Of a DNA stretch of 64,000 nucleotides, positions 1 to 8,102 are shown in pieces. A program made the translations under genes and the position numbers. Each line of letters opens with the position of its first letter. Positions within the stretch are counted from its first letter, which is position 1. Source of the stretch: a virus (Duplodnaviria > Heunggongvirae > Uroviricota > Caudoviricetes); the IMG/VR virus record IMGVR_UViG_3300035210_000190, one strand, 5' to 3'. The notes below the pieces were generated by a model. It ran no database searches. It had not been told where the DNA came from and saw only the letters and a list, made by a program, of their open reading frames with translations.

Positions 1-135
1 TCACCAGAATTCATGGCGGCAGTGGCGGCTGGTGGTGAAGTTCAAGTCAATACTGAAACAGTTGTGGGTTGGATTACTGTTTCTGGTTCTGATCTGGAAT
101 TCCGTAATAGCCTCGAATACCGCATTAAACCCTAA
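1..135 (+). CDS. hypothetical protein, 3' part (runs in from window edge)
   Basis: Frame 1 open from base 1 (SPEFMAAVAAGGEVQV...RIKP) to TAA at 133-135. Confidence 0.65.
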   Translation, partial: SPEFMAAVAAGGEVQVNTETVVGWITVSGSDLEFRNSLEYRIKP

Positions 136-163
136 TCAACACACAACGGTTGAGGCAAAAAAA

Positions 164-373
164 ATGATCTCAGTAAATGACAAAGTGGCAATAGGCAAAA
201 ATTCATCTTGCCTTGTTATTGGTCAAATTTGCAAAATACTTCGTGTGACGGATATCCATAGTGGCTCTTTGCTTTATACCGTTGAAGGTATCTGTGTTGA
301 TGATGACAATCCACCACATTACGCCCGCACCTATGTATCTAGGAGCGAAATCACTAAAATAATTACTGACTAG
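164..373 (+). CDS. hypothetical protein (69 aa)
   Basis: ATG at 164 after GAGG; internal start of track ORF 32..373. Confidence 0.7.
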   Translation: MISVNDKVAIGKNSSCLVIGQICKILRVTDIHSGSLLYTVEGICVDDDNPPHYARTYVSRSEITKIITD

Positions 374-434
374 TCATTTAGTCAACAGTTTGTGATTGCA
401 TGGTTTCATTCATGCAATACAACCGTTCTAAAAA

Positions 435-454
435 ATCTGATCAAATCTGATCAT
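435..454. repeat. subterminal inverted repeat of tnpB element (right end)
   Basis: ATCTGATCAAATCTGATCAT; exact reverse complement at 1714-1733. Confidence 0.9.
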
Positions 455-497
455 CATTAATTTCTTGCTTCAATAAGTGGTATAAATAATCGCTTAT

Positions 498-1649
498 TTA
501 TACCATCTCTCTACAAGCTTTCACTGTTGAACTAACAGCATAATTATATAAATTCGTGGAAGCATTTTCATCTCTATCATGGTGAGTATTACAGCTTGGA
601 CATGTCCAAGATCTAACACTTAAACTTAGTGTTGCTAATTTATAATTACATTTTGAACAGAGTTTTGTCGATGGATAAAACTTATCGGCTTTAACTATGG
701 TTGATTCATATAAATTAGACTTATATTGTAATTGTCTTGAAAATTCATAAAATCCTGCATCAAGAATAGACTTTGAAAGAAGTCTATTCTTAGACATAGC
801 TTTTACGTCAAGTGTTTCAATACCAATAATAGAGTAGTTGTTCGTTAAAAAATGAGTGAGTTTATGTAAATAGTCTTTACGAATATTGGCAATACGTGAA
901 TGTAATTTAGCCAATTTAACTCTTGCTTTATAACGATTGTTAGAACCTTCTTCCTTTCTTGAAAGTTGTCTTGAAAGGACTTTAATTCTATTTTGCAATA
1001 TTCGATAAGGTTTAAGCGTTGGAGAATTCCAATGCTTAACACCATCAAAGTAAGTTGCAAATGCTTTAATACCAAGATCTATACCAATAGCGTGGTTTTT
1101 GCTATGAACAATGGATTCGTCATCAACTTCAATAGAAAGAGACACGAACCATTTACCTGCAGTTCTGGACAGAACAGCAGTTTTGATAGAACCATTAAAT
1201 CGTAATGATTCTTTCATTTTAATCGGTTTTAACTTAGGAATGATTAAATAACGACCATCCACTTTTAATTGATCATTGCCAATTTCAAAAGAATCGTGAT
1301 GATATTTATTTTTAAATTTAGGAAATTGAGCACGTTTGGCAAAGAAATTAACAAACGCAGCACCTAAATTTTTTATAGCTTGTTGTGGGGCGTATTTAGA
1401 AACGTTATACATCCAAGGAAAATCTTGTTTTTTAATGGAATTTAGACGCTTTCTCAACTCACCTTCATAACGAGTTGAAGCGGGTGAAATTGAACAAGAA
1501 AAAGGATGTTTTTGATAACATTCATAATCATTTTTCCATTGCGACAAAGCCCAATTATAAGCAAATCGAGCTGTACCAGCAGATTGGCTTAAATAAGTCA
1601 GTTGAGACTTATTTGGCTTCAGTTCAATTTTATGAGACTTAATCATCAA
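498..1649 (-). CDS. tnpB: RNA-guided endonuclease TnpB
   Basis: N-terminal HTH (KIELKPN..Q....ARFAYNWAL), RuvC-I GIDLG, RuvC-II IGIETL, CxxC..CxxC zinc ribbon, RuvC-III HDRDENA; D-E-D triad intact. Confidence 0.95.
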   Translation of the reverse strand: MMIKSHKIELKPNKSQLTYLSQSAGTARFAYNWALSQWKNDYECYQKHPFSCSISPASTRYEGELRKRLNSIKKQDFPWMYNVSKYAPQQAIKNLGAAFVNFFAKRAQFPKFKNKYHHDSFEIGNDQLKVDGRYLIIPKLKPIKMKESLRFNGSIKTAVLSRTAGKWFVSLSIEVDDESIVHSKNHAIGIDLGIKAFATYFDGVKHWNSPTLKPYRILQNRIKVLSRQLSRKEEGSNNRYKARVKLAKLHSRIANIRKDYLHKLTHFLTNNYSIIGIETLDVKAMSKNRLLSKSILDAGFYEFSRQLQYKSNLYESTIVKADKFYPSTKLCSKCNYKLATLSLSVRSWTCPSCNTHHDRDENASTNLYNYAVSSTVKACREMV

Positions 1650-1670
1650 TAACCCTATTTAATTCAGGTA

Positions 1671-1698
1671 ATTATAGAACTAAATAGAATAAAGTCAA
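1671..1698 (-). promoter_or_regulatory. sigma70-like promoter for tnpB
   Basis: TTGACT-16 nt-TATAAT on minus strand just upstream of start. Confidence 0.6.
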
Positions 1699-1713
1699 GA
1701 GCAAAAAAATTAA

Positions 1714-1733
1714 ATGATCAGATTTGATCAGAT
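1714..1733. repeat. subterminal inverted repeat of tnpB element (left end)
   Basis: ATGATCAGATTTGATCAGAT; exact reverse complement at 435-454. Confidence 0.9.
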
Positions 1734-1757
1734 AATAAAGGTGCATTTAGAAACCCC

Positions 1758-1782
1758 AAACCTGCAGCGATGCAGGTTTTTT
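1758..1782 (+). terminator. intrinsic terminator
   Basis: AAACCTGCA-GCGA-TGCAGGTTT stem plus T-tract. Confidence 0.8.
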
Positions 1783-1851
1783 ATTGTCAAAATATAGCTT
1801 TTCAATCACCGATGTGTTATAATCAACCTTCAAACCAAGCGAGATAATCTC

Positions 1852-2295
1852 ATGAATAAAATACCTGCGTCTGTTCTTTTGAATGTTCTCAATAATGCTG
1901 ATCCCTCTGTAATTCGTGAGGTTTTTCCGCTTATTCAGGAAATCACGAATGCAAAGGGAAATCTTGGTGTAAAACAGCTTTTCATCGAAATCAATACCGA
2001 TGAGGATTTTTTTGTCAATGGTGAGTATTCTTACAGCGGTGCTTTTCCTCTTGGTAATAATTTTGTTGGTCAAGTTTACCTTAACGCCATCAACAACCTT
2101 ACTTTCACTCCGTTGAAAGGTAAAGAATATAAGTTGGAGCGGTTTCTTGAATTTATCCGTCAACTTTCGGTTCTTTCAGACCTTGAGCAATCTGGCCGTG
2201 CTGAAACAGGTGGAAACCAAACACTTGAAGCCTATGTTCACACCCCAGCAAAAGTAATCCACTTTGGCTCTGTTGTGATTGATTTGCAATCATAA
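1852..2295 (+). CDS. hypothetical protein
   Basis: 147-aa ORF downstream of TG-TTATAAT promoter and GAG SD. Confidence 0.8.
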   Translation: MNKIPASVLLNVLNNADPSVIREVFPLIQEITNAKGNLGVKQLFIEINTDEDFFVNGEYSYSGAFPLGNNFVGQVYLNAINNLTFTPLKGKEYKLERFLEFIRQLSVLSDLEQSGRAETGGNQTLEAYVHTPAKVIHFGSVVIDLQS

Positions 2296-2319
2296 CGTCA
2301 ATAATCAATAGGTGAATAA

Positions 2320-2532
2320 ATGACCACTCAACTGTTTTCCTTCTTTGATGAATCAACAGGTGTTCTGACCACTCAGCGGGCACCTTACATTGAGGATGGC
2401 TGGTATATTGAAACGCACCCAGACGGACAGTTCAAAGTATTTGAAATTCCACAGTATGGCGGCGAAAGCTGTGAACAAGGTGAATTCACTTCTTTTAAAC
2501 TGGCGTATGAGTTTGCTTTGAATTTGACTTAA
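2320..2532 (+). CDS. hypothetical protein
   Basis: 70-aa ORF, AGGTGA SD. Confidence 0.8.
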   Translation: MTTQLFSFFDESTGVLTTQRAPYIEDGWYIETHPDGQFKVFEIPQYGGESCEQGEFTSFKLAYEFALNLT

Positions 2533-2546
2533 AATGAGAAAAGGTC

Positions 2547-2575
2547 TTGATTTTTTCAGGATCTTTTGTTATAGT
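2547..2575 (+). promoter_or_regulatory. sigma70-like promoter of putative sRNA
   Basis: TTGATT-17 nt-TATAGT with extended TG. Confidence 0.7.
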
Positions 2576-2581
2576 TATTAA

Positions 2582-2715
2582 GTCGGCCTTTGAGCCATGT
2601 TCCACGGTGTAGGCGTTCTCCTATGACTCAACATTGACGGGTGTTGTTTAGTATCCCTTTGAGGCAATCAAAAGACGGTTTTGATTACAGAAATAGATCT
2701 TCGGATCTCTTTTTT
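2582..2715 (+). ncRNA. putative multi-hairpin small RNA
   Basis: Own promoter and own AGATC-TTCG-GATCT terminator (2695-2715), no SD-supported ORF over 10 codons, four or five short hairpins. Confidence 0.55.
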
Positions 2716-2772
2716 GTTGCCTATTTTTAAGTTTTTTGGTATAATCATGTCCTATCTTAAAGGATTTTAGCC

Positions 2773-3165
2773 ATGTCCAGTCTTGCTAATTTTGTCAATT
2801 TCGGTTGTGATAACCTTAATGCACTGGCGTTGGATATCTTGACCAGTCTTGAAACCAAATATGGTCAACCGTCTTGTGGGCGTAACCGTGCAGCCTTCAC
2901 CAGCAAGCATTGTGTTATCAAATTTCCGCTTAACTTCGATGGCCTTCGGGATAATTCGATTGAATCTAAAGGTTATTCCGATGGCTATGCAGCCTATGCA
3001 AAAGGTCGTAAAGTCATTCTGGGTGATTTTAATTGTGTTGTTCAAGAAAAACTCACCATGCCAGAAAAACTGCAGGGTTTGCCGACTTGGGTAATGTCGA
3101 TTGATTGCTGTCAGGTAGGTTATGATAGTAAAGGCCGATTGAAAGCTTATGATTTTGGTGGTTGA
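2773..3165 (+). CDS. miniature protein-kinase-like protein
   Basis: Motif order GRNRAAF, VIKFP, N..E, IDCCQVG, YDFG resembles the kinase fold in only 130 aa. Confidence 0.55.
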   Translation: MSSLANFVNFGCDNLNALALDILTSLETKYGQPSCGRNRAAFTSKHCVIKFPLNFDGLRDNSIESKGYSDGYAAYAKGRKVILGDFNCVVQEKLTMPEKLQGLPTWVMSIDCCQVGYDSKGRLKAYDFGG

Positions 3166-3215
3166 TTAAGACCTTCTTTTTTGGTATAATAAGCCATTGA
3201 AAAGAGGATTTATTA

Positions 3216-3590
3216 ATGCCAATTGTTGATCTGAAGGTGCTTGAAGAAAGCCCTAGCCCTTATGCCAATCAGTATGTGGTTGAAATTACATTTCTTCATC
3301 CATATGATGAGATCACTGCAACGGAAACAGCCGTGTTCTCAGTTGGTCAAAAAGCTGATGTGATTGAATTTGTAAACTTCTTGAACGAAGCTGGTGACTA
3401 TGTTCGAAAAAATGGCCTAGCACCTGATGAAGTCAAAGGTTATGCAAAATGGTGTGAATACAGTGAACCCGGCTTGCAAGTATGGCCTTCGGATGCGAAC
3501 GGCAATTACTTTGCTAACTTGGAAGACGTTGATGTTTCCTACTTCGATGTTTTTGGTAAGGTCTTTGCGGTAGAGTTAGTCGAGGGTTGA
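3216..3590 (+). CDS. hypothetical protein
   Basis: 124-aa acidic ORF after TGGTATAAT promoter and GAGGA SD. Confidence 0.85.
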   Translation: MPIVDLKVLEESPSPYANQYVVEITFLHPYDEITATETAVFSVGQKADVIEFVNFLNEAGDYVRKNGLAPDEVKGYAKWCEYSEPGLQVWPSDANGNYFANLEDVDVSYFDVFGKVFAVELVEG

Positions 3591-3627
3591 TTTTAACCCT
3601 ATCTTAAATCTTGAAAGGATATTGATT

Positions 3628-4095
3628 ATGCGTATCAACAAAAACTTGAAATCAATCACTGCCGCTTCCGCAAAATTTGCGAAGCATCAATATCCTTTTG
3701 CTACGATTTATGATTTTAATAAAGCCATTGTAAAAATGGATCTTGAAAAGAATCTATTTTCCGTGACCTACCTAGAATCGGAAAGCTATGACAGTGATGA
3801 CGATAGTCTTTTCTATCAGGCTTCGGATACTGAATATTTTGGTCTTGATAAATCAACACTGCTGTCTATTGTTCGTTTCCATGTTGGGTTGGTATTGCCA
3901 AAGGAAAAGAGCTGTGTTGTTCGTCAGGTAGCCCGTGATGTAGTCAAATCCATGCGAAACAAGCACGCTTACACCCAAGTTGGTTGGTATGGTCACTCGA
4001 AAGACTATTCGCAGTATATTATGCCAATTGATGAGTTCGTTAATTTGGTGACGGCTGCGGTTATACCCGTCAATCAGGAAATGGAGATAACATGA
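3628..4095 (+). CDS. hypothetical protein
   Basis: Co-oriented ORF, AAGGA SD. Confidence 0.8.
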   Translation: MRINKNLKSITAASAKFAKHQYPFATIYDFNKAIVKMDLEKNLFSVTYLESESYDSDDDSLFYQASDTEYFGLDKSTLLSIVRFHVGLVLPKEKSCVVRQVARDVVKSMRNKHAYTQVGWYGHSKDYSQYIMPIDEFVNLVTAAVIPVNQEMEIT

Positions 4096-4364
4096 GTATT
4101 CTTGGATATATTGGCCTTGGTCTGTTTCTGTTGTTTTGTATTGGTATGATCTGGCAAATCCACTCTGATATGAAAGAAACCAGTCGGTGCATTTCTCGTG
4201 GTTATGCTTTTGCCAACATCACTCATTCTGCACAGGTTTTTGAAAAAACAGGTGTTGATCTGATGGGCGATATTGATTATTTGGCGGATGACCGGCCAGT
4301 TAGACAGAAAAAAAGCAAACTTCGCAAACCCCAAAAAAACAGTGGTTTCGAATTTGAAATGTAA
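4092..4364 (+). CDS. hypothetical membrane-anchored protein
   Basis: N-terminal hydrophobic helix; ATGA overlap with upstream stop. Confidence 0.8.
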   Translation: MSILGYIGLGLFLLFCIGMIWQIHSDMKETSRCISRGYAFANITHSAQVFEKTGVDLMGDIDYLADDRPVRQKKSKLRKPQKNSGFEFEM

Positions 4365-4531
4365 AAAAGCTTGTGTGAAAAATGTTTTTTGTGTATAATC
4401 TACTCATCTTAATCGCACATTGAAGTGAGCAAGATGAAACAATAAAATTGGTTTAAAATAAAAACAACACCTGCCTATTCAATACCTTAAAGCTCTAATG
4501 CCTTAATCTATTCTATGACAGGAGAATTAAC

Positions 4532-4687
4532 ATGTTCAAAATGAAAAGAATGTTACTGATTTACATTGCATTGATTTTTACTGGTGGTGGCGATCATCAT
4601 CAGCACCATGACAGAAGCCCTTCGCAATCCAAAGTGAGAAAGTTTAGCTTGCTGCATACAAAATGCTCTCGAAAAAGTCACCATTAA
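4532..4687 (+). CDS. small membrane protein, possibly frameshifted
   Basis: AGGAG SD; hydrophobic run continues in another frame across T5 tract at 4575-4579. Confidence 0.5.
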   Translation: MFKMKRMLLIYIALIFTGGGDHHQHHDRSPSQSKVRKFSLLHTKCSRKSHH

Positions 4688-4835
4688 CCCAATACAGAAA
4701 CAGAAAAAGGTCAGATAACTCTGGCCTTTTTTATTGTCAAAATAAAGGTTGCTCAAAAAACTTAAATTTGCTATAATCATCACATAGACAGGGAGTTTTT
4801 CAGAAAGGATTCACTCATTTCATAGAGGATCTAAC

Positions 4836-5132
4836 ATGAATACTGCAACGGCTTCCAGTGGTCATTTGTTGTTTGTTAATGGTTCTATTATGGATGGCAC
4901 TTTCGAGTGTGACCCCATTCAACTGCCTGTTCTTAACGAGGCAATCACTACCTATTCATCGTTGGTCAACAAGCACTCTCTCGAAAAGGATCAGAAACCT
5001 TTCACGGGTGAAGTCTCCTTGGTTGAGTTGTTGGCCTACATCCACGCTTATTATGACATCAGCAATCCTTTGCTTAAAGACATGGCTGAATGTTTGTTGG
5101 TTATTCATCGCAAGAGTATCACTATCCACTAA
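4836..5132 (+). CDS. hypothetical protein
   Basis: 98-aa ORF, GAGGA SD. Confidence 0.8.
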   Translation: MNTATASSGHLLFVNGSIMDGTFECDPIQLPVLNEAITTYSSLVNKHSLEKDQKPFTGEVSLVELLAYIHAYYDISNPLLKDMAECLLVIHRKSITIH

Positions 5133-5197
5133 TTGTTGTGGACACAAAAACTCATTTTTGATATAATCATTTTCTAAATTTAAAGTGGAGTGCAGTC

Positions 5198-5548
5198 ATG
5201 GTTGGGTACGAACGTAAATTTGAAATCAGTAAAAGCTCTATTATGCAGCCAGACCGCCAATGGCTCGTAATTACCTTTAAACCGAATGGTTACTGGTCGG
5301 ACGAAGCGATCAAGGTGCGGGCCGTTGTCATTAATAAACAAGGCATTGAAGTCTCTATCAGTAACTCAATGGGTGGTGAGGCTGAATATGACTCGATTGC
5401 TCGGGCTGAATCTTTTCATGCGGCCTATGGTCAAGCCATTCTGGATATGAAGCGTATTCATGAAGCGTTCGCTTCTGGTCAGCGAGATATTGATGACATC
5501 ATGAACCATGTCAATGACCAACATGCCATTGACCAAGCCAGCCGTTAA
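5198..5548 (+). CDS. hypothetical protein
   Basis: 116-aa ORF between TGATATAAT promoter and terminator 5565-5587. Confidence 0.8.
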   Translation: MVGYERKFEISKSSIMQPDRQWLVITFKPNGYWSDEAIKVRAVVINKQGIEVSISNSMGGEAEYDSIARAESFHAAYGQAILDMKRIHEAFASGQRDIDDIMNHVNDQHAIDQASR

Positions 5549-5564
5549 TCAGCACTGCTAAAAG

Positions 5565-5587
5565 ACCTTCTTCGGAAGGTTTTTTTT
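5565..5587 (+). terminator. intrinsic terminator
   Basis: ACCTTC-TTCG-GAAGGT plus T-tract. Confidence 0.85.
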
Positions 5588-5659
5588 ATTTTCAAAAAAA
5601 AGATTGTATGAAAACTGATTTTTGTGTATAATCAATCTACTTTCTTAGGAGATACACCC

Positions 5660-6403
5660 TTGAAAAACATGACCCCGATGGCAATGTTGAAACCAGAATT
5701 GGCTCAGTTTAAAGCACTGGCATTCATTTCTTATTTGGAGTTGAATGGTAAAGAAGAACGTCGCACTTATGCCAATGATCAGGTTTATATTGCCGCTTCT
5801 GTCACTTTCGACTTCATGGCTATTTTCAACATTCGTGGTGCTATTCATCACAATGAAAAAGGTCATCAACGTTTTGATCGCAGCTTCTCCTTTTGCTTTA
5901 ATTTCAAAAATGGCGATCCAACCATTCGTGCATCAATCAAGCCATCGAAAGACCTATCGGCTGAATATTCGCGTGAATTCTCGGTTGCTGAAATCAAACC
6001 GAAGATGAATGCTTTGCTGGCTTTGGGTATCACTGATAAAGAAGACTTCCTGAAAGCGTTTGTTCAAGAATTTGACATTGTTATCAGCTCAGCTCTGACA
6101 CTTTCCGCTCTGAACGCCATCAAGGCCGAACGTATCAAAGAAGTTGAAGATGTCATGGCTCGCTTCAAAGCCGCTAATCAGGCCGTTGACGCTGCTCGGG
6201 AACTCTTGTGGGCTACCGAAATTGCAAACCGTGGCGATTCTAAATTGCCAAAACAACGTGCTCAAATGAGCGAAGCAATGGCTCAGGCAAAAGCACTTTT
6301 GCAAGAACGGACTTTCTTGTTGAATGGTAATACTAAAAACATTCCAGCGTATGCCCGTGACCTGTTCTACAAAGAGTTGAAGCAAAAAAATATCATTTCT
6401 TGA
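5660..6403 (+). CDS. hypothetical protein with C-terminal coiled coil
   Basis: Long ORF after AGGAGATACACC leader; start TTG 5660 or ATG 5669. Confidence 0.8.
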   Translation: MKNMTPMAMLKPELAQFKALAFISYLELNGKEERRTYANDQVYIAASVTFDFMAIFNIRGAIHHNEKGHQRFDRSFSFCFNFKNGDPTIRASIKPSKDLSAEYSREFSVAEIKPKMNALLALGITDKEDFLKAFVQEFDIVISSALTLSALNAIKAERIKEVEDVMARFKAANQAVDAARELLWATEIANRGDSKLPKQRAQMSEAMAQAKALLQERTFLLNGNTKNIPAYARDLFYKELKQKNIIS

Positions 6404-6503
6404 TAGTCAATTATTAAGAACCACTAAAAGCCCTGAATAATCTTGTTTTTGTTCGGGGCTTTTGCTATAATAGCCTTACTCAAACATAAATGGATTAAAC
6501 GTC

Positions 6504-7259
6504 ATGAATCGAGTTACCATCAAGAACTCCCCAATTGAAGGTCAGTGGATGTTGGTTGACACTCCAGAAAATTTGATGACTTTCATGGAGCATACTTCCA
6601 GTCAAGTGGTTGCACAAGTTAGCCATTTGATCCGTGAGAAAGCCGAAATTGAAAGCTGGGGTGATGTTCCACGCACTACACCGGCTGCTGGCATCCTTGC
6701 AGCAACGGTTGCTCACTGCAAACTTCATGGTAAAAACCCAATTTACGAATTGGATGGTATTATCAACAAACGTTTCTCCAATATGCTGGCAGAAATTCTT
6801 GATGGTAAACGAGTCCTGATTAACTCAGCAGGTGGCTATTGCTTCATGCTTCCAGAATGGGAAATTGAAACAGAAGAACCTGTTGATATGGGATGGAAAT
6901 CTACTCACGTCATCAATGCAAACACCCAATACATCAACCTTGAAAATGACCCGTATCTGGAAGAGCACACACGTCAGTATTTGGGACAACGAGATCAGAA
7001 TTTTTCCTACATCTTGAATTTGGGCGGATACACAAAAGAAGCTCTGGTGTCTGCGTTTACCGAATTCAAAGCAAAAGGTGGCAAAATCGTTTATGTTTAC
7101 ACCACTGGTATGAACGTGCCACAGATGTATGAATATTTTGAGGCTGCACAGAATGCAGGTTTGAAGGACTTTGAATTCCATTTCAATGCCTTCATCACTG
7201 ATGGTATCCAAGGCTTTATTGAGCATATCAAAGCTCGGGCCAATGTAACTATCCTGTAA
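6504..7259 (+). CDS. hypothetical protein
   Basis: 251-aa ORF filling a promoter-terminator cassette. Confidence 0.85.
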   Translation: MNRVTIKNSPIEGQWMLVDTPENLMTFMEHTSSQVVAQVSHLIREKAEIESWGDVPRTTPAAGILAATVAHCKLHGKNPIYELDGIINKRFSNMLAEILDGKRVLINSAGGYCFMLPEWEIETEEPVDMGWKSTHVINANTQYINLENDPYLEEHTRQYLGQRDQNFSYILNLGGYTKEALVSAFTEFKAKGGKIVYVYTTGMNVPQMYEYFEAAQNAGLKDFEFHFNAFITDGIQGFIEHIKARANVTIL

Positions 7260-7358
7260 TAAGGGTATATCAAATAAAGGCACCTTCGGGTGTCTTTTTT
7301 ATTGTGATAATTAATCAATTTTGGTATAATCAACATTCCATAACAGCGGTGAAAAATC

Positions 7359-7472
7359 ATGAAAGAAATGGCTGAAGGGATGAACACTATCATTATTATC
7401 GGTTTTTTGGCTATTGGTATTTTTGCGGCTATTGAATTCTATTACCATCATCAATTCAAAAAACACCTTTAA
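7359..7472 (+). CDS. small single-pass membrane protein (37 aa, not in ORF track)
   Basis: MKEMAEGMNTIIIIGFLAIGIFAAIEFYYHHQFKKHL after TGGTATAAT promoter. Confidence 0.65.
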   Translation: MKEMAEGMNTIIIIGFLAIGIFAAIEFYYHHQFKKHL

Positions 7473-7487
7473 TCGATCAAAAAAACC

Positions 7488-7535
7488 TTTACATAAAATC
7501 TGATTTTAGCTATACTTGTCTCATCAAAACGAAAC
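7488..7535 (+). promoter_or_regulatory. strong sigma70-like promoter with CATCAAAACGAAAC leader
   Basis: TTTACA-17 nt-TATACT then CATCAAAACGAAAC; same layout before the copies at 12023 and 32429. Confidence 0.8.
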
Positions 7536-7561
7536 ACCATAAACCAGTCGGAGATACACAA

Positions 7562-7693
7562 ATGCAAGGTTCTTTCGGTGAAGCAACAGAACGTTTTCGT
7601 GGTAAGCAACAAGATTCTTCCAAGACCAAAGAAAACCGCAAAGAGCGTCAGTTCCGTGATGCTCGCCGCAACCGTCATCAAGACGCCGAATAA
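7562..7693 (+). CDS. 43-aa basic peptide, MQGS...RHQDAE family copy 1
   Basis: MQGSFGEATERFRGKQQDSSKTKENRKERQFRDARRNRHQDAE; GGAG SD; three paralogues in window. Confidence 0.9.
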   Translation: MQGSFGEATERFRGKQQDSSKTKENRKERQFRDARRNRHQDAE

Positions 7694-7704
7694 GGAAATC
7701 CATT

Positions 7705-8013
7705 ATGTATTTGATTGCCGTTAAAGACCTCGATCCAAACAATGCTCTGGGCTACATGTTCTGGTCTGGGTTCAAAGCTGACGCACAAGGCGATGGCTCA
7801 CTGCCTACCTTCAGTAAGCCAATGGTCAGTGCTGACACAGGTTTTCAAGAAAACGAAAAAAGCCTGCAGGCCACGCTGTTCACCACAAAACAGTATGCTG
7901 ATAAAGAAGTTCTTCGGCTCAAAGAACTTATCCACAAACACACAGGAAAATATTATGAAATGGAAACAATCAGTGCCGACTTGGCTGGAAGTATGTTGAA
8001 ACTCTGGAAGTAA
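7705..8013 (+). CDS. hypothetical protein, paralogue of 47177..47461
   Basis: Shared LG...WSGF and NEKS....F.T..YA..E..RL. Confidence 0.8.
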   Translation: MYLIAVKDLDPNNALGYMFWSGFKADAQGDGSLPTFSKPMVSADTGFQENEKSLQATLFTTKQYADKEVLRLKELIHKHTGKYYEMETISADLAGSMLKLWK

Positions 8014-8102
8014 CCAGACTTAACAAAGGGAGCTTCGGCTCCTTTTTTGTTGCCTGTTTTTCTGTTTTTTGATATCATAAGCATCTAAATCAAGGAGGCT
8101 TA

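Larger units (their letters stand above)
423..1755 (-). mobile_element. non-autonomous IS607-like (IS200/IS605 superfamily-related) tnpB-only element
   Basis: tnpB flanked by a perfect 20-bp inverted repeat (435-454 / 1714-1733) built of two ATCTGATCA 9-mers; GG dinucleotides on the element strand at 423-424 and 1754-1757; no tnpA; ends inferred. Confidence 0.6.

Noticed and set aside
32-163. N-terminal extension of ORF 32..373 as a signal peptide
   Set aside because: It overlaps the upstream partial gene in another frame; an SD-supported ATG lies at 164.
395-418. Hairpin ATTGCATG-N8-CATGCAAT as an IS605-type end
   Set aside because: It lies outside the inferred right end in the flank and has no partner hairpin at the other end; more likely a host-locus feature.
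845-1205. Short ORFs overlapping tnpB as a possible tnpA
   Set aside because: No HUH/Y1 or serine-recombinase motifs; they lie wholly within tnpB.
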